64,000 bases of DNA from Hyphomicrobiales bacterium (GTDB taxonomy: Bacteria; Pseudomonadota; Alphaproteobacteria; Rhodospirillales; JACKKN01). The stretch spans positions 1-64,000 of the forward strand of contig JACKKN010000008.1 of assembly GCA_024236415.1 (NCBI GenBank), in the 5' to 3' direction. This document shows, in pieces, positions 36,243-46,039 of this stretch (within the stretch, counting starts at the first letter, position 1; the number at the start of each line of letters is the position of its first letter). The notes under the pieces are model-generated. The model was not told the origin of the DNA. It saw nothing but the letters and a program-made list of their open reading frames with translations, and did no database searches. A program made the translations under genes and the position numbers.

Positions 36243-37982
36243 GTGCGCCCTGCGGTCGTCCTGATCCTGCTGTTGGCCGGGCTGCTGCCCGGGCTGTTCG
36301 GGGTGGCCGCCCCGGCGGCCGCGGCCGATGCGCCGGGGGCGCGCATCGCCGGCTCGTACCACGCCCTGGTCATCGGCATCAACGACTACACCAACCTGCG
36401 CAAGCTGAAGACCGCGGTCGGCGACGCCCGCGCCGTGGCCGCCCTGCTTGGCGACAAGTACGGCTTCAAGACCACCCTGCTGGAGAACGCCACCGAGCAC
36501 GACATCTTCCGCGAGATCGGCCGCCTGACCCGCGAGCTGACCGAGAACGACCGCCTGCTGATCTACTACGCCGGCCACGGCGACCTGGACGAGGCCGCCA
36601 ACCGCGGCTACTGGCAGCCGGTGGACGCCGAGCCCAACATCAAGGCCAACTGGATCTCCAACGCCGACGTCACCGACGCCCTGAAGAGCATCCTGGCCTG
36701 GCACATCCTGGTGGTGGCCGATTCCTGCTATTCCGGCAGCTTGCTGCGCAGCGGCGGCAAGGACGCCGGGCGCGGCCGCGGCGACCGCCTGGCGTTCCTG
36801 GACTCCCTGGCCGCGCGCAAGTCGCGCACGGCCCTGACCTCGGGCGGCGAGGAGCCGGTGCAGGACGCCGGCGGCGGCGGCCATTCGGTGTTCGCCCAGG
36901 CCCTGCTGGAGGTGCTGGGCGAGAACGACGACGTGCTGGAGGGGCAGGAGCTGCACCGCCGCCTGGGCGAGCGCATGGCCTACAAGACCGGGCACCAGAG
37001 CCCCGAGTACGCCGTGGTCCAGGACACCGACCACGGCGGCGGCGACTTCCTGTTCGTGCCCAGGGGCTGGACCCCCGAAAAGACTCTGGCGGCGGGGCAG
37101 GACGGGGACGGCGGCGGCGCGACCGCCGCCCTGTCGCCCGAGCAGATGAGCAGCCTGGAGCGCAAGGTGCTGGAAAAGCTGCAGGCGCGCGACCAGCACG
37201 CGGCCGAGCTGGCCGTGTGGCAGGAGGCCAAGGCCATCAACACGGCCGAGGCGTACCGCGCCTTCATGCGCACCTATTGCACGGCGCAGAAGGAGAGCAA
37301 CCTGTGCCCCTACGCGCGCATGAACCTGGTGCGCCTGGCGCCCAAGGCCGGCGACCCGGTCACCGACTGCGACCGCTACGCCGCCGACCCGCGGGACCCG
37401 GGCCGCAATGCCCGCGACGGCATCGACACCGCGCACCTGGCCGGCAACCGCCGGGCCCTGGAGCGCGCCGACACCGCCTGCCGGGCGTCGATCAAGGAGA
37501 ACCCCGACAACCCGCGCATCATGTACCAGTTCGGGCGCGTGCTGGGCGCCAGCCGGCGGTATGAGGACGCCGCCTTCTGGTACGGCCGCGCCGCCGACAA
37601 GGGCTACGTGGCGGCGCAGTACGCGCTCGGCCTGCTGCACCTGCGCGGCAACGGGGTGCGGCAGTCGGTGGACGAGGCCGTGGCCTGGTTCGCCAAGGCG
37701 GCCGAGCGGGACTTCCCGCCGTCGCTGACCCTGCTGGGCATCCTGCACGGGCGCGGCCACGGCGTGCGCCAGGACGTGGACCGGGCGCTGGTGTACCTGC
37801 GCCGGGCGGCCCAGGCCGACCCGCCCGAGGCCCTGGCGCAGCTTGAGCTGGGGATCATGTTCGAGGAGGGGCGCGGCGGCCGCGCCCCGGACCTGCGCCG
37901 GGCCCGCGACTGGTACGCCAGGGCGGCGGCGGCGGGCAACGCCCAGGCCAAGGAGCGCCTGGCCCGCCTGGGCGGCAAGTGA
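36243..37982 (+). CDS. Secreted caspase-family (peptidase C14) protein with C-terminal Sel1 repeats
   Basis: Signal peptide. Catalytic His (YYAGHGD) and Cys (VVADSCYSGS) dyad. At least 3 Sel1 repeats at the C-terminus (AAQYALGLLHLRGNGV..., LTLLGILHGRGHGV..., LAQLELGIMFEEGRGG...). Confidence 0.8.
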   Translation: MRPAVVLILLLAGLLPGLFGVAAPAAAADAPGARIAGSYHALVIGINDYTNLRKLKTAVGDARAVAALLGDKYGFKTTLLENATEHDIFREIGRLTRELTENDRLLIYYAGHGDLDEAANRGYWQPVDAEPNIKANWISNADVTDALKSILAWHILVVADSCYSGSLLRSGGKDAGRGRGDRLAFLDSLAARKSRTALTSGGEEPVQDAGGGGHSVFAQALLEVLGENDDVLEGQELHRRLGERMAYKTGHQSPEYAVVQDTDHGGGDFLFVPRGWTPEKTLAAGQDGDGGGATAALSPEQMSSLERKVLEKLQARDQHAAELAVWQEAKAINTAEAYRAFMRTYCTAQKESNLCPYARMNLVRLAPKAGDPVTDCDRYAADPRDPGRNARDGIDTAHLAGNRRALERADTACRASIKENPDNPRIMYQFGRVLGASRRYEDAAFWYGRAADKGYVAAQYALGLLHLRGNGVRQSVDEAVAWFAKAAERDFPPSLTLLGILHGRGHGVRQDVDRALVYLRRAAQADPPEALAQLELGIMFEEGRGGRAPDLRRARDWYARAAAAGNAQAKERLARLGGK

Positions 37983-38076
37983 CCGGGCGGCGACCGATGT
38001 TCATACCGGCCCGCGGGACTCGGGGGCCGCAAACGGGGTAAGACTACAGGGAACGAGGATCAGCAGGGTGGCGATC

Positions 38077-39087
38077 ATGAAAAGAGGACTTCTCGCATTC
38101 CTTCTGGCGGCGGGCCTTCTGGCGGCGGGCTGCGCCGTGGCGGCGCCGGCGGCGGCGCAGCAGCTGGGCATGGTCACCGGCGGGCCCAAGGGCACCTACA
38201 TCCAGATCGGCAACAACATCCGCGACCTGGTGGCGCCCCAGGGCATCAAGCTGGACGTGCGCACCTCGGCCGGGTCGATCGAGAACATCCTGGCCGTGCG
38301 CCACACCCCCGGCGTGCAGATGGGCATCGTGCAGCAGGACGTGCTGGCCTTCGTCAAGCGCCAGGCCAAGGAGAAGCCCGAGACCAGCGCCGACATGCTG
38401 GACCTGGTCGCCAAGGTGCGGCTGATCTTCCCCCTCTACAACGAGGAGGTCCACATCCTGGCCAACGACGGGGTGCGCCGGCTGGAGGACCTGAACGGCA
38501 AGCGGGTGGCCATCGGGCCCAAGAACAGCGGCACTTTCCTGACCTCGGTGGTGCTGTTCGACAAGACCGGCATCAGCCCGGCCCAGACCTTCGCCTACAA
38601 GGCGGTCGAGGCGGTCGAGGCCCTGCGCAAGGGCGAGATCGACGCCATGGTCTACGTCGCCGGCTATCCGGCCAGCGTGTTCACCAACAACGTCACCGCC
38701 GACGACCGCCTGCACCTGGTGCCGATCCCGGTCGCCGACTACTCGCTGCTGACCGACACCTACACCTTCTCCTCGATCCCGAAATGGACCTATCCGTGGC
38801 AGGACGCCGACGTGGAGACGGCGGCGGTCAAGGCAGTGCTGGTGTCCTACAACTACCGCGGCGACAACTGCGGCGCCGTGGGCAAGCTGGCGCGCCTGGT
38901 GTACACGGGGATCGACGAGCTGCGCCGCACCGGCCACCCCAAGTGGAACGCGCTCGACCTGGACACCCCGCTGGAAAGCTGGGAGCCCTACGACTGCGTC
39001 CAGGACGCCCTCGAGGGCGTGCGCCACGGCCCGGCCGCCGCCACCGGCGGCAAGCTGCCCGACATCCTGAAGCAGATCGGCGACTAG
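38077..39087 (+). CDS. TAXI-family TRAP solute-binding protein (orphan, no permease adjacent)
   Basis: Signal peptide + lipobox-like AAGC. N-terminal GGPKGTYIQIGNNI parallels the second TAXI SBP in this window ([16 protein letters not shown]). Confidence 0.75.
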   Translation: MKRGLLAFLLAAGLLAAGCAVAAPAAAQQLGMVTGGPKGTYIQIGNNIRDLVAPQGIKLDVRTSAGSIENILAVRHTPGVQMGIVQQDVLAFVKRQAKEKPETSADMLDLVAKVRLIFPLYNEEVHILANDGVRRLEDLNGKRVAIGPKNSGTFLTSVVLFDKTGISPAQTFAYKAVEAVEALRKGEIDAMVYVAGYPASVFTNNVTADDRLHLVPIPVADYSLLTDTYTFSSIPKWTYPWQDADVETAAVKAVLVSYNYRGDNCGAVGKLARLVYTGIDELRRTGHPKWNALDLDTPLESWEPYDCVQDALEGVRHGPAAATGGKLPDILKQIGD

Positions 39088-39092
39088 CCCCC

Positions 39093-39117
39093 ATAAAAGG
39101 TGCCAGGCACCTTTTAT
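39093..39117 (+). terminator. Palindromic hairpin ataaaaggtgcc-a-ggcaccttttat (bidirectional terminator-like)
   Basis: 12-bp stem flanked by an A-tract and a T-tract, 6 nt after the TAXI stop. Confidence 0.6.
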
Positions 39118-39149
39118 TGTTTCAAGAATCGCCAGTCGATTGTTCGATT

Positions 39150-39171
39150 AAAAGGTGCCTGGCACCTTTTT
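39150..39171 (-). terminator. Second copy of the same palindromic hairpin (reverse complement of the first, centre base flipped)
   Basis: aaaaggtgcc-t-ggcaccttttt, 32 nt from the first copy and 10 nt past the 3' end of the minus-strand gene ending at 39181. Confidence 0.6.
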
Positions 39172-39180
39172 GGCCCTTTT

Positions 39181-39783
39181 TCAGGGGAGGTAGGCGGCGA
39201 CCGGGGGTTCCACCAGGGCGGTGCCGAAGTTGGGCTCCACCGGCAGTTGGCGGGTCGGGCCCTCGGCCTTCTGGGTGGTCTGCTGGGTCTGGTTCTGGGC
39301 GGTCTGAGTCCGGCCGTCGTCGGGCGGCGGCTTGCGCTGCTGCTGGCCGTCGCCGCCGCCGCCGCTGCTACCGCCGCCGCCGCCGCCGCCGTTGGACGGC
39401 TGCTCCATGGGCAGGTCCACCAGCACCCAGTTGTTCTTGCGCGACACAATGCCGCGCCAGACGATGTCGCGGCCGACCACGCCGTACAGGACCGCGTCCT
39501 CGATCTGCACCTGGTCGCAGACGAAGCCCAGCGACGCGCGGGCGCCGCCGATCACCCGCTGCAGGGGCCGGCGGTTGCCCTGGAAGGCCTGGGCGCTGGG
39601 GGCGACCACATAGAGCTTGATGCGCTCGGCGCAGGCGAAGTCGTCGGGCATCATCACCTTGAGGTCCAGGTGCTTGACCAGGGTCTTGGCGGCCCCGGCC
39701 GGGCCGGCGGCCAGGGCGGCGGCCAGCGCCACGGCCGCGACCGCGCCGAGTGGCCCCAGGCGGCGGATCAGGTGATCTCCCAT
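39181..39783 (-). CDS. Hypothetical secreted protein with Gly-rich and Q/T-rich low-complexity tail
   Basis: Signal peptide (GAVAAVALAAALAAGPAGAA), two Cys, and GGGGGGGSSGGGGDGQQQ low complexity. Last gene of a 3-gene minus-strand operon. Confidence 0.5.
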   Translation of the reverse strand: MGDHLIRRLGPLGAVAAVALAAALAAGPAGAAKTLVKHLDLKVMMPDDFACAERIKLYVVAPSAQAFQGNRRPLQRVIGGARASLGFVCDQVQIEDAVLYGVVGRDIVWRGIVSRKNNWVLVDLPMEQPSNGGGGGGGSSGGGGDGQQQRKPPPDDGRTQTAQNQTQQTTQKAEGPTRQLPVEPNFGTALVEPPVAAYLP

Positions 39784-40565
39784 CCGTCGGGCCCCTTGCA
39801 GGCCTTCACCTTCTCCGTCTTCTCGCTGCCGTCCTTGAGCACGATGGTCTGCTCGATGGTGCGGCAGGTCTGGCTGTTGCGGACCTGGGACACGGCCACG
39901 TTGGGCTGGCTGGCGGCGGAGTCGCCGGCCAGGTTGATCTCGTCGCCGGTGCGCTGCAGCAGCGGCGCGTAGCCGTAGCCCTGGCCGATGCCGTCCTGGC
40001 TGAGCAGGTACCAGTTCTTGCCCTCGACCTTGCCCACCACCTCGACCGACTCGCCCTTGGCCAGCTTGCCGACCACGGCGTAGTCGGTGCCCGGGCCGCC
40101 GCGCACGTTCATGCTGCCCGACGACACGAACCGCTCGCCGATGTAGTCGATGGGCGGCACCTCCTTGATGCGGTCGGTGCGGTAGGCGACGTTGTAGCTC
40201 TGCTCCTTGGTCTCGGTGTCGACCACCCGGGTGCGGCCCGAGACGCCGGTCTCCGGGTTCTTCCAGGTCTGGGACTGGCCGGTGACGGCGGTGCGCTGGG
40301 TCGACTCGGCGAGGCGCTTCTGGTCCTGCTCGTCCAGGTACTTGCCCAGCTGGCCGCCCAGCCAGGCGCCGGCCACGGCGCCGCCGACGATGGCCAGGAT
40401 CTTGCCCGCGCCGCCGCCGAACTGGGCCCCGATCAGGGCGCCGGCGCCGGCGCCGACGATCATTCCGATGTCCTTCTTGTTGGCCTGGCAGCCGGACAGC
40501 ACCAGGGCCGCCACCGCCAGCCCGAGTACCGATTTTCCTGCCACGGTCCTGGTCATGCTCGTCAT
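39768..40565 (-). CDS. Lipoprotein with glycine-zipper (Rick_17kDa_Anti-like) domain and bacterial SH3 domain
   Basis: Lipobox LVLSGC. Glycine zipper GAGAGALIGAQFGGGAGKILAIVGGAVAGAWLGG. SH3b-like NVRGGPGTDYAVVGKLAKGESVEVVGKVEGKNWYLL. Start at 40565 or 40556. Confidence 0.7.
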   Translation of the reverse strand: MTSMTRTVAGKSVLGLAVAALVLSGCQANKKDIGMIVGAGAGALIGAQFGGGAGKILAIVGGAVAGAWLGGQLGKYLDEQDQKRLAESTQRTAVTGQSQTWKNPETGVSGRTRVVDTETKEQSYNVAYRTDRIKEVPPIDYIGERFVSSGSMNVRGGPGTDYAVVGKLAKGESVEVVGKVEGKNWYLLSQDGIGQGYGYAPLLQRTGDEINLAGDSAASQPNVAVSQVRNSQTCRTIEQTIVLKDGSEKTEKVKACKGPDGWEIT

Positions 40566-40615
40566 TTCGTCTCGATCCCCTCCGCCGGCCGGCGTGGCCC
40601 GTCCGCCGGCGCGGG

Positions 40616-42676
40616 TCACTGCGGCTTGAACAGCTTGTTCATGTCGAAGGCGTAGCAGATGATCTGCCGCGTCATGTTCTTGGCCACCGCGTACCGCTCG
40701 CGCCGCGACAGCCGCGTGTCGCCTTCGGACTTGGCCTCATAATAGGTGATCCCGTAGCGATTCAAAAGCTCGCGAAGCACCGTATGCTTGGCCGCGAAAT
40801 TCACGTTCTGGTTCACGATCTTCTTGGCGTTCAGGCCGCCCCAGACGACGCCGATGATGGCCCCCTTCTCGTCGACCACGGCGCTGCCCGAGTTGCCCGG
40901 CTGCACCGGCGCCGAGATCTGCAGGAACCGCTGGTCGTTCTGCCCGCGCCAGCCCGACAGCGCGTTCAGGGTGCCCACCGTCAGCACCCCGTCCTTGTCC
41001 AGGTACTGGGTCAGGGGGAAGCCGAAGATGGTGACCTCCTCGCCGACGAAATAGTCGTCCCAGCCCGACAGGCGGCCGACCCCGTAGTCGCGCTTGCCCC
41101 CGGTGGGCGGGCGCATCTGGATCAGGGCCAGGTCCACGTCGGCGTTGGCGAACACCAGGTCGGCCGGCACGATGCCGTCGGCCAGGCGCACGCCCAGGCG
41201 GTCGCAGCCGTCGACCACGTGGTGGTTGGTGACCACCCCGCCGCCGAAGTTGATGACGAAGCCGGTGCCGCTGCTGGTGTGCTTCAGCTCGTCCACGGTC
41301 CAGGTGTCGCGCCAGCGGCGGGCCTTGCTCTGGGCCCGCAGGATGGATTCCTGGGACATGCGCCGCTCCAGGGCCTGGCGCGCCGCCGGGGCGGCGGCAT
41401 GGCCGCGCACGGCGGCCAGGTTGAACAGGGCGTGGGCGTTTTCGCGGCTGCTGTCCTTGTTGCCGTTCTGCAGCAGCATGGCCAGGTTGTACTGGCCGGT
41501 GGGATCGCCGCGCACGGCGGCGCGCAGGAACTGGTTGGCGGCCTTCTGGGCGTCCTGCTTGACGGCGATGCCCTGGGCCAGCATGTAGCCCAGCATGTTG
41601 ATGGCCCGGGCGTCGCCGGCGCCGGCGGCGCGGTTGTACCATTTCAGGGCCTGGCCATAGTCCTGCAGCACGCCGATGCCCTGGAACAGGTGGTGGGCGT
41701 AGGCCGTCTCGGCCGGGCCGTAGCCGGCCTCGGCCGCGGCCTTGAACAGGGCCACGGCGCGCGCCGGGTTGCGGTCCACGCCGCGCCCGCTGTCGTACAT
41801 CTGGCCCAGGCGCATCTGGGCGTAGGGCAGGCCCACGGCCGCCGCCCGCTCGAAGTCCTGGACCGCGGCGTACAGGTCGGGCCGGCCGGCCAGGCCGCGT
41901 TCGGCCATGTCGCCCAGGTGGTACAGCGCCAGGCCGTCCTCCTTGTCCGCCGCCGTCCGCAGCAGGCGCTCGGCCGTCGCCGGGTCGGGCCGGCCGAAGG
42001 ACCCCTTCAGGTGCGCCAGGCCCAGCCAGCGCTGGGCGGCGACGCTGCCGCCGTCGGCGGCGCGCTCCATCCAGCGGCGGCCGCCGGCCGGGTCCGGGGC
42101 CATGGCCCGGCCCGAGAACAGGCTGGCGCCCACGGCCAGGGCCGCGGCGGTGTCGCCCTGGGCGGCCAGGCGCTCGATCTCGGGCACCAGGGACTCGCCG
42201 CCGTCGGTCAGAAAGCGGACGAAGCGGTCGCCGCCGGTGACGGCGCCCGACGGCGGCGGGCGGCGGGCGATCTGCTGTTCGCCGCCGCGCAGGGCGCCGT
42301 TGCCGCCGCCGTTGCCGCCGCCGTTGCCGCCGCCGTTGGTCGTGCCGCCGCGGGTCGCCTGGCCGCCGCAGTCGGGGGCGAAGCCCAGCTTCTCGCGCTC
42401 GGCCGGGGCCACGTCGGCGCAGCGGTGGGGCGGCGCGCCGTCGGCCAGGTAGGGGTCGCGCAGGGGCGGGAAGTCGACCGCCATGCCGGCCGCCGCGGCC
42501 GGCGCCGGGGCAAGGGCCAGGATCGCGGCCAGGGTCGCGGCCAGGGTCGCGGCCAGGGGCGCGGCCAGGGTCACGGCCAGCGCCAGGGCCTGCGCCGCCG
42601 CCGGGCCCGTCATGCGCGAATAAACCCGCCCCGTCATCGCTCGCATGGGTTTCCCATTCCTGGCCATGGGTCGCAT
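40616..42676 (-). CDS. Secreted Sel1-repeat protein fused to a trypsin-like (S1) serine protease domain
   Basis: Signal peptide. (GGGN)3 repeat. Multiple Sel1 repeats between residues ~200 and 430. C-terminal S1 domain with an intact triad (TNHHVV, DVDLALI, GNSGSAV). Confidence 0.8.
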   Translation of the reverse strand: MRPMARNGKPMRAMTGRVYSRMTGPAAAQALALAVTLAAPLAATLAATLAAILALAPAPAAAAGMAVDFPPLRDPYLADGAPPHRCADVAPAEREKLGFAPDCGGQATRGGTTNGGGNGGGNGGGNGALRGGEQQIARRPPPSGAVTGGDRFVRFLTDGGESLVPEIERLAAQGDTAAALAVGASLFSGRAMAPDPAGGRRWMERAADGGSVAAQRWLGLAHLKGSFGRPDPATAERLLRTAADKEDGLALYHLGDMAERGLAGRPDLYAAVQDFERAAAVGLPYAQMRLGQMYDSGRGVDRNPARAVALFKAAAEAGYGPAETAYAHHLFQGIGVLQDYGQALKWYNRAAGAGDARAINMLGYMLAQGIAVKQDAQKAANQFLRAAVRGDPTGQYNLAMLLQNGNKDSSRENAHALFNLAAVRGHAAAPAARQALERRMSQESILRAQSKARRWRDTWTVDELKHTSSGTGFVINFGGGVVTNHHVVDGCDRLGVRLADGIVPADLVFANADVDLALIQMRPPTGGKRDYGVGRLSGWDDYFVGEEVTIFGFPLTQYLDKDGVLTVGTLNALSGWRGQNDQRFLQISAPVQPGNSGSAVVDEKGAIIGVVWGGLNAKKIVNQNVNFAAKHTVLRELLNRYGITYYEAKSEGDTRLSRRERYAVAKNMTRQIICYAFDMNKLFKPQ

Positions 42677-42803
42677 TCAATCATACCCCATGGCCCGTTC
42701 CAAACGAAACAGGCGCCGCGCCTGCCGGCGGCGCCCGGTTTCCCGCCCGGTCCGGCCCGTGCTAGACTGGCCGTCGGCCCTGGAGGGTGCCCCGGAGACA
42801 TTC

Positions 42804-43718
42804 ATGGAACACATCCTGCTGATCGTCCTGTCCTTGGTGCCGGCCCTGTTCCAGGCGCCGACGGCGCTGGCCGACGGCAACGGACCCATCGTCAACTGCT
42901 ATGACGAGGCGCGCCAGTCGGTGGTGCGGACCACGCCGGCCCAGTGCCAGGGCAAGATCCTGTCCGACGCCGAGGCCAAGGAGGTCAAGGAGCGCCGCGC
43001 CGCCGCCATCCGCCGCGCCATGCAGCCCAAGAAGCAGGCGGTCCAGGGGCGGCGCATGTCGGGCTACGGGTCGGGCTTCTTCGTCCACGCCGACGGGGTG
43101 GTGGTGACCAACGTCCACGTGGTCGCCGGCTGCCGCGAGGTGACCGTGGCCGCCACCAACGGCCAGGAGGCCAAGGCCGCCCTGGTGACCCACGACGAAT
43201 CCAACGACCTGGCGGTGTTGCGGGCCCAGATGCCGGCGCCGGCGGTGGCCACCTTCCGACCCGCCGACGAGCCGCCGGCGGACGGCGCCGCGGTGCATGC
43301 CGTGGGCTACCCCACCCGCACCCTGCCGACCATCCGGCCGCAACTGGCCAGCGGCACCTACCTGCTGGGCGGCGACGCGGCGATCGGCAACCTGCGGGTG
43401 CCGCACAACTTCCACAAGGCGCGCATCAAGGTGTTCCCCGGCAACAGCGGCGGGCCGGTGCTGGACGCCCACGGCCGCATCACCGGGGTGGTGGTGGCCC
43501 AGGTCAACACGGTCAAGATGTTCGAGCGCACGGGCACCCTGATCCGCGACCTGGGCTTCTTCATCGACCTCAAGCCCCTGTTCAGGCTGCTGGACGACAA
43601 GCAGATCCCCTACCGGGTGGCCTCCGCGGCCCAGGTCGCCGCCGACGCGCCCCTGGACGGCCCCGCCGTGGCCGAGCGGGCGCGCCCGTTCGTGGCCCGC
43701 ATCAACTGCTGGAAATAG
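42804..43718 (+). CDS. Secreted trypsin-like (S1) serine protease
   Basis: Signal peptide. Triad TNVHVV / NDLAVLR / GNSGGPV. Paralogous to the protease domain of the divergent Sel1-trypsin gene. In-frame ATG at 42804. Confidence 0.8.
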   Translation: MEHILLIVLSLVPALFQAPTALADGNGPIVNCYDEARQSVVRTTPAQCQGKILSDAEAKEVKERRAAAIRRAMQPKKQAVQGRRMSGYGSGFFVHADGVVVTNVHVVAGCREVTVAATNGQEAKAALVTHDESNDLAVLRAQMPAPAVATFRPADEPPADGAAVHAVGYPTRTLPTIRPQLASGTYLLGGDAAIGNLRVPHNFHKARIKVFPGNSGGPVLDAHGRITGVVVAQVNTVKMFERTGTLIRDLGFFIDLKPLFRLLDDKQIPYRVASAAQVAADAPLDGPAVAERARPFVARINCWK

Positions 43719-43782
43719 CCCGGCCGGAAACGGAAAAGGGGCCCATGAAGGGCCCCTTGCGCATGTCCGGCGACCGCCCTGT

Positions 43783-44322
43783 TCAGTGCAGCTTGCCGGG
43801 CAGGTCCTTGATGGCGGCGTCGATCAGGGTGTCGGCCTTGGCCTCGTCGATCTGCTCGGTCAGCAGGCGGCGGGTGGCCGAGACGGCGACCTCGATGGCG
43901 GCGTTGCGCACGTCCTCCACCGCCTGGGCCTCGGCCTGGGCGATGCGGTCCATGGCCTGCTTCTCGCGCCGCTTGAGGGACGATTCCAGGTCGGCGGCGG
44001 CCTTCTCGGCCAGGCGCGCGGCCTCGGCCTTGGCTCGGGCGACGATCTCCTCGGCCTCCTTGGCGGCGTCGCGCTGTTTGCGCTGGAAGCTGGCCAGGGT
44101 CTCCTGGGCCTCCTCGCGCAGGCGCACGGCCTCGTCGATCTGCGCCTTGATGAGGTCGGCGCGCTCGTCCAGGCCCTTGGTGATGGCCCGGAACACGGGC
44201 TTGCCCACGGCCACGATCAGGATCACGAAGGCGACCAGGACCCAGAAGGTGGGCTCCTCGTAGAAGGCGTGGGCCGCCCCGTGGGCGGCGTCGTGGGCGG
44301 TTTCCGCTGCGAATGCCTGCAT
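43783..44322 (-). CDS. atpF: F0F1 ATP synthase subunit b
   Basis: Single N-terminal TM helix plus a long charged helix; position in the atp F0 operon. Confidence 0.85.
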   Translation of the reverse strand: MQAFAAETAHDAAHGAAHAFYEEPTFWVLVAFVILIVAVGKPVFRAITKGLDERADLIKAQIDEAVRLREEAQETLASFQRKQRDAAKEAEEIVARAKAEAARLAEKAAADLESSLKRREKQAMDRIAQAEAQAVEDVRNAAIEVAVSATRRLLTEQIDEAKADTLIDAAIKDLPGKLH

Positions 44323-44891
44323 CAGCCGCGCTCCTCAAGAACCGCGTCCACCGCGCGGCCGGCGGCGGCGGCGTCGGCCTCCTGCCCCACCAGCTTGGCG
44401 GCGGCCTCGCGGGCCACCTCGACGGCCATGTCGCGCAGGCCGGCGAAGGCCTCGTCGCGCTGGCCGGCGATGCGGGATTCGGCCGCCTGCACGTCGGCGG
44501 CCAGCTTCTCGCCCAGGTCGGCCTGGCGCTGCGCCGCCTCGCCGGCGGCGGCGTCGCGCACCGCCTTGATGGCGTCCTGGGCCCGGGACCGGGCCTCGGC
44601 CAGGGATGCCTCGTAGGCCTCGGCCACGGCACGGGCCTCGGCCTCCAGCTCGGTGGCGCGCTCCAGGCTGTCCTCGATGCGCCGCTGGCGCTCGTCCAGG
44701 ACCTCGCCGACCTTGGGCAGGGCCACCTTGGCCATGATCAGGTAGAGGGCCACGAAGGCGATGGCCAGCCAGACAAGCTGCGGCGAGAAGGTGTTCGGGT
44801 CGAGCTGCGGCAGGCCGGCGGCCAGGGCCGGCCCGGCGGCGGTGACCGCGAGGGTGAGGCCGATCAACGATCCGCGTGAAAGCGTCCGCAT
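44322..44891 (-). CDS. atpG: F0F1 ATP synthase subunit b'
   Basis: b-type architecture duplicated, as in alphaproteobacterial F0 operons. Start likely ATG at 44891 (MRTLSRG). Confidence 0.8.
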   Translation of the reverse strand: MRTLSRGSLIGLTLAVTAAGPALAAGLPQLDPNTFSPQLVWLAIAFVALYLIMAKVALPKVGEVLDERQRRIEDSLERATELEAEARAVAEAYEASLAEARSRAQDAIKAVRDAAAGEAAQRQADLGEKLAADVQAAESRIAGQRDEAFAGLRDMAVEVAREAAAKLVGQEADAAAAGRAVDAVLEERG

Positions 44892-44966
44892 GAGTCGCTC
44901 CTGCCTAGGTGGGGAACCCAAAGTGGGACCCCGCCGCCCGCGGGCGGCGGGACGGCCCGGGCGTCC

Positions 44967-45191
44967 TCAGGTGAACAGGATCAGGAACGAGATCAGCAGC
45001 GCGTACAGGGCGACCGCCTCGACCAGGGCGAAGCCCAGCATGGCGAGGCCGAACACCTGGCCGCGCGAGGCCGGGTTGCGGGCGATGGAGCCGATCAGGG
45101 AGGCGAAGATGTTGCCGATACCGGCGCCGACACCGCCCAGTCCGATGACGGCAAGGCCCGCACCAATCATTTTTGCGGCAAGTACTTCCAT
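44967..45191 (-). CDS. atpE: F0F1 ATP synthase subunit c
   Basis: 74-aa two-helix proteolipid with GxGxGxG helix-packing motif and a conserved carboxylate (LVEAVALY). Confidence 0.95.
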   Translation of the reverse strand: MEVLAAKMIGAGLAVIGLGGVGAGIGNIFASLIGSIARNPASRGQVFGLAMLGFALVEAVALYALLISFLILFT

Positions 45192-45271
45192 GATCCTATT
45201 TCCTCAATTTACCTAGATGGATGAAAGTTCAGACGGTGGCGCCATGCGCCCCTTGGGGGTCTCTCCGGCGC

Positions 45272-45997
45272 CTAGTGAAGGTGAACCGCGTCGTTCAGGT
45301 ACAGGCAGGCCAGCACGGTGAACACGTAGGCCTGCAGGAACGCGACCAGAAATTCGAAGCCGGACAGGGCCACGGCCATGGCCAGCGGCGCCCAGCCGCC
45401 CAGGATGCCCAGCGGGATGATGAAGCCGGCGAACACCTTCAGCATGGTATGGCCGGCCATCATGTTGGCGAACAGCCGGATCGACAGGCTGACCGGGCGC
45501 GACAGGTAGGACAGCACCTCGATGGGGATCAGCAGGATCCACATCACCGGATGCACGCCCTTGGGCACGAAGAAGCCCAGGAAGTGGACCCCGTGGCGCA
45601 GGAAGCCGATCACCGTCACCCCCAGGAACACCACGATCGCCATGGCGAAGGTGACGATGATGTGGCTGGTGAAGGTGAAGGCGTAGGGGATCAGGCCGAT
45701 CAGGTTGCCGAACAGGATGAACATGAACAGCGAGAAGATGAACGGGAAATACCGCCGCCCCTCGTTGCCCACGTTGTCGCGCACCATGTTGGCCACGAAT
45801 TCGTAACTCAGCTCGGCCATGGACTGCCAGCGGCCGGGGACGATGGCCCGGCGGCGCATGGACAGGACCAGGAACAGGGTGACCGCGGCCACGGTCAGCA
45901 CCATGAAGGCCGAGGAGTTGGTGAACGAAGCGTCGAAGTCGCCGATCTGGATTTCCGCGATCGGCTTGATCTCGAACTGCGCTAACGGATTGGCCAC
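45272..45997 (-). CDS. atpB: F0F1 ATP synthase subunit a
   Basis: Conserved Arg in LSLSIRLFANMMAGH. 241 aa. Confidence 0.95.
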   Translation of the reverse strand: MANPLAQFEIKPIAEIQIGDFDASFTNSSAFMVLTVAAVTLFLVLSMRRRAIVPGRWQSMAELSYEFVANMVRDNVGNEGRRYFPFIFSLFMFILFGNLIGLIPYAFTFTSHIIVTFAMAIVVFLGVTVIGFLRHGVHFLGFFVPKGVHPVMWILLIPIEVLSYLSRPVSLSIRLFANMMAGHTMLKVFAGFIIPLGILGGWAPLAMAVALSGFEFLVAFLQAYVFTVLACLYLNDAVHLH

Positions 45998-46039
45998 GTC
46001 GTTTCCCGCCTCAATCGGGGCCGTCGGGCGATGCCCGCG

